A stretch of 36,365 nucleotides of DNA from the NCBI RefSeq assembly GCF_001194135.2, contig NC_068986.1, positions 49,740,311 through 49,776,675 on the forward strand, read 5' to 3'. This document shows positions 34,393-36,365 of this stretch, piece after piece (position 1 is the first letter of the stretch; each line of letters begins with the position of its first letter). The notes below the pieces were generated by a model that saw only the letters and a list, made by a program, of their open reading frames with translations, was not told where the DNA came from and did no database searches. The DNA is from Octopus bimaculoides. Its lineage: Eukaryota. Position numbers and translations under genes: made by a program.

Positions 34393-34413
34393 CCAATCAA
34401 TGACGTCTATTGG
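34393..34413. promoter_or_regulatory. CCAAT - CRE-like (TGACGTCT) - inverted CCAAT (ATTGG) composite element
   Basis: Sequence CCAATCAATGACGTCTATTGG lies in unique DNA, followed by a (GA)n tract at about 34462-34502. Motif match only. Confidence 0.35.
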
Positions 34414-34459
34414 GGTGCAAACAATTACTGCTGTGGTTTGTCAACAAAAGGAAAAGATC

Positions 34460-34495
<36 letters not shown>

Positions 34496-35082
34496 AAGAG
34501 AGATTTGAGTGACTGACACTGGGATCAGCAGGTAAAGTTTCACATTATAGCAGGAAACAGGGGAGGGGGGGCTGAATAACAAAATGTCTTCAGAGAAGCC
34601 CCTACTCCAATTATGTATGTTTTGAACCTTAACTCTTTTAGACTAGGGAGGGGGGGCGTTCTGGTTATGAACTCCGGATAGCCCTCTGCTGCCACATTTT
34701 GCGCTGCTCAGTGCATTTTAATCTTTACCGTCCTCTCATCAGTTGCTGCTGCTCGAAGTTTTGCAGTTTCAGCACATTAACAACAAGACTGCTGGTTTCA
34801 GAGTGCTAGTATATTTAAAGAAGGATCTATTAGGGAAACGTTACATAAAGCAAAGACAATAAAAAAAGACAGGTACAAGAGGTAAGACAGAGTATTTAAG
34901 GTAAAAGACATGAAGTATATATGCGAAAAATGTATGACAAAAAGTTTTACTGACTTCACTAAAACTATACAGAAAATACTTTTTTTTAATTTTCAACGAA
35001 GACAAACAAGACACACACACACATACAAGCACAAAGATAAAACTACAAGGCCAAAACTTTTTACATGCATACACACACATAA

Positions 35083-35390
35083 GTGGAGGCACATGGCCTA
35101 GTGGTTAGAGCAGCAGACTCGCGGTCGAGGGATTGCGGGTTCGAATCTCAGGCCGAGCGATGTGTGTGTTTATGAGCGAAACACCTATGCTCAACGCGGC
35201 TCCAGCAGAAGGTAATGGCGAACTTATGCTGACTCTTTCGCCACAACTTTCACTCACTTTCTCCTCATGCATCTAGCAGCTCACTTGCAATGGACCGGCG
35301 TCCCGTCCAAGTGGTGAACCTATACGCCAATGAAATCGGGAAACTGGCCCTTATGAACAAGGCATGACTCGTGAAGAGACAACAAACAAC
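35083..35390 (+). mobile_element. tRNA-derived SINE, family C head plus Y tail
   Basis: TGGCCTAGTGGTTAGAGC (A box) and GGTTCGAATC (B box). It shares its 5' part with 27028, then diverges into GGCGTCCCGTCCAAG...GAAACTGGCCCTTATGA and an (AAC)n-like tail. Confidence 0.85.
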
Positions 35391-35755
35391 ACACACCTTG
35401 ATGAAAAGGAAAGATAAACATGTAATAGATCAGACAGTTTCAGGTGACTGTGCGCTCATTTCCGTATGGCATTTATCAAATATGCAAGGTGGACTTTGAA
35501 AGGACTATGCACTAACTCATTACCACCAAGCCTTAATTCCAGCAGTTTACTAGGATCATATACAAGTAGGCCCTCCAGACCTACTTCAACTTTTTCGTTG
35601 ACTGAATGACAAAGTCAGGATCAATGGCTTAACTGCTAGAAAAGGTAAGCAAGCAGCTAGCTATGGAAACATCAAACTTGTCAGACAAACATTAAAAATA
35701 TTTACCAATTGTCCCCACCCATGGAATGGAGCAAATAACAACAACAATAATAATA

Positions 35756-35999
35756 ATCCTTTCAACTAAATGTACAAGACCTAAATTTGATAGGAGTGGA
35801 CTAGTCGATTACATCGACCCCAGTCTTTCACTGGTACTTAATTTATCGACCCCGAAAGGATGAAAAGCAAAGTCGATTTTGGCGGAATACAACTCAGGCA
35901 AAATCGATTATAGCGGAGTAAAAACTCAAAATGTTTAAACGGACAATATATTGCTAAGCATTTCGACCGGCGTCTCAACGATTCTGCCAGCTTGCCACC

Positions 36000-36001
<2 letters not shown>
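35756..36001 (-). mobile_element. SINE-like family D, near full length, CpG-intact
   Basis: Minus strand AAGGTGGCAAGCTGGCAGAATCGTTG...ATCGACTTTGCTTTTCATCCTTTCGGGGTCGATAAATTAAGTACCAG, homologous to the cluster at 20905-22322. Confidence 0.75.

Positions 36002-36051
<50 letters not shown>
36001..36051. repeat. (TAA)17 microsatellite
   Basis: Directly visible. Confidence 0.95.
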
Positions 36052-36052
<1 letters not shown>

Positions 36053-36053
<1 letters not shown>

Positions 36054-36326
36054 TCTTTTATCATTTACTTGTTTCAGGCTGAGGCCATACTAGGACACCG
36101 CTTAGAAGAATTTTAGTCGAATAATGGACCACAATACGTTTTTTTTAAAGTCTGGTACGTATTCTACCCGTTATGCATGACGAACATCATTAATTTCTCT
36201 GTAGCAAATCCACCCATAATGCGTTGGTTGACCGGAAGTTATAGCAGAAAACACTTGTCCAAGGTGCCACGCAGTACGACTGAACCTGAACCCAGAAGCA
36301 TTTCGCTGAGAAGTAACATAGCCACA
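36053..36326 (-). mobile_element. SINE family A, diverged, internally deleted
   Basis: TTACTTGTTTCAGG..GGCCATACTAGGACACCGC tail and AAACACTTGTCCAAGGTGCCACGCAG head. The middle is missing. Confidence 0.75.
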
Positions 36327-36365
36327 CAAATAACAAATATAAATACAAATATAATACAAATAATG

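Noticed and set aside
35083-35160. tRNA-like sequences with A and B boxes (also 27028, 25015, 3846, 30808)
   Set aside because: No complete cloverleaf or acceptor stem. Each continues into a repeat body, so they are SINE heads and not tRNA genes.

Overview
Eukaryotic, AT-rich, repeat- and microsatellite-dense non-coding DNA with six assembly gaps (2185 N in total). The repeat families resemble, from memory and unverified by search, those of octopus/coleoid cephalopod genomes. I cannot support any host protein-coding exon. Nearly all ORF-track entries are translations of microsatellites, SINEs or N runs. The window holds 13 copies of one tRNA-headed SINE and several other SINE-like families that swap head and tail modules. 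It also holds the ORF2 C-terminus and 3' end of a CR1/L2-group LINE sharing its tail with the dominant SINE, MITEs of three DNA-transposon superfamilies (piggyBac with TTAA TSDs, one nested in another; Tc1/mariner with TA; hAT with an 8-bp TSD), a 270-bp foldback element, and a Penelope-like fragment with a degenerate minimal hammerhead ribozyme. CpG is depleted on the left and retained from about 31.4 kb rightwards. A symmetric CCAAT/CRE/CCAAT motif sits at 34.4 kb. Together these suggest, by inference, a promoter on the right and a long methylated intron on the left.
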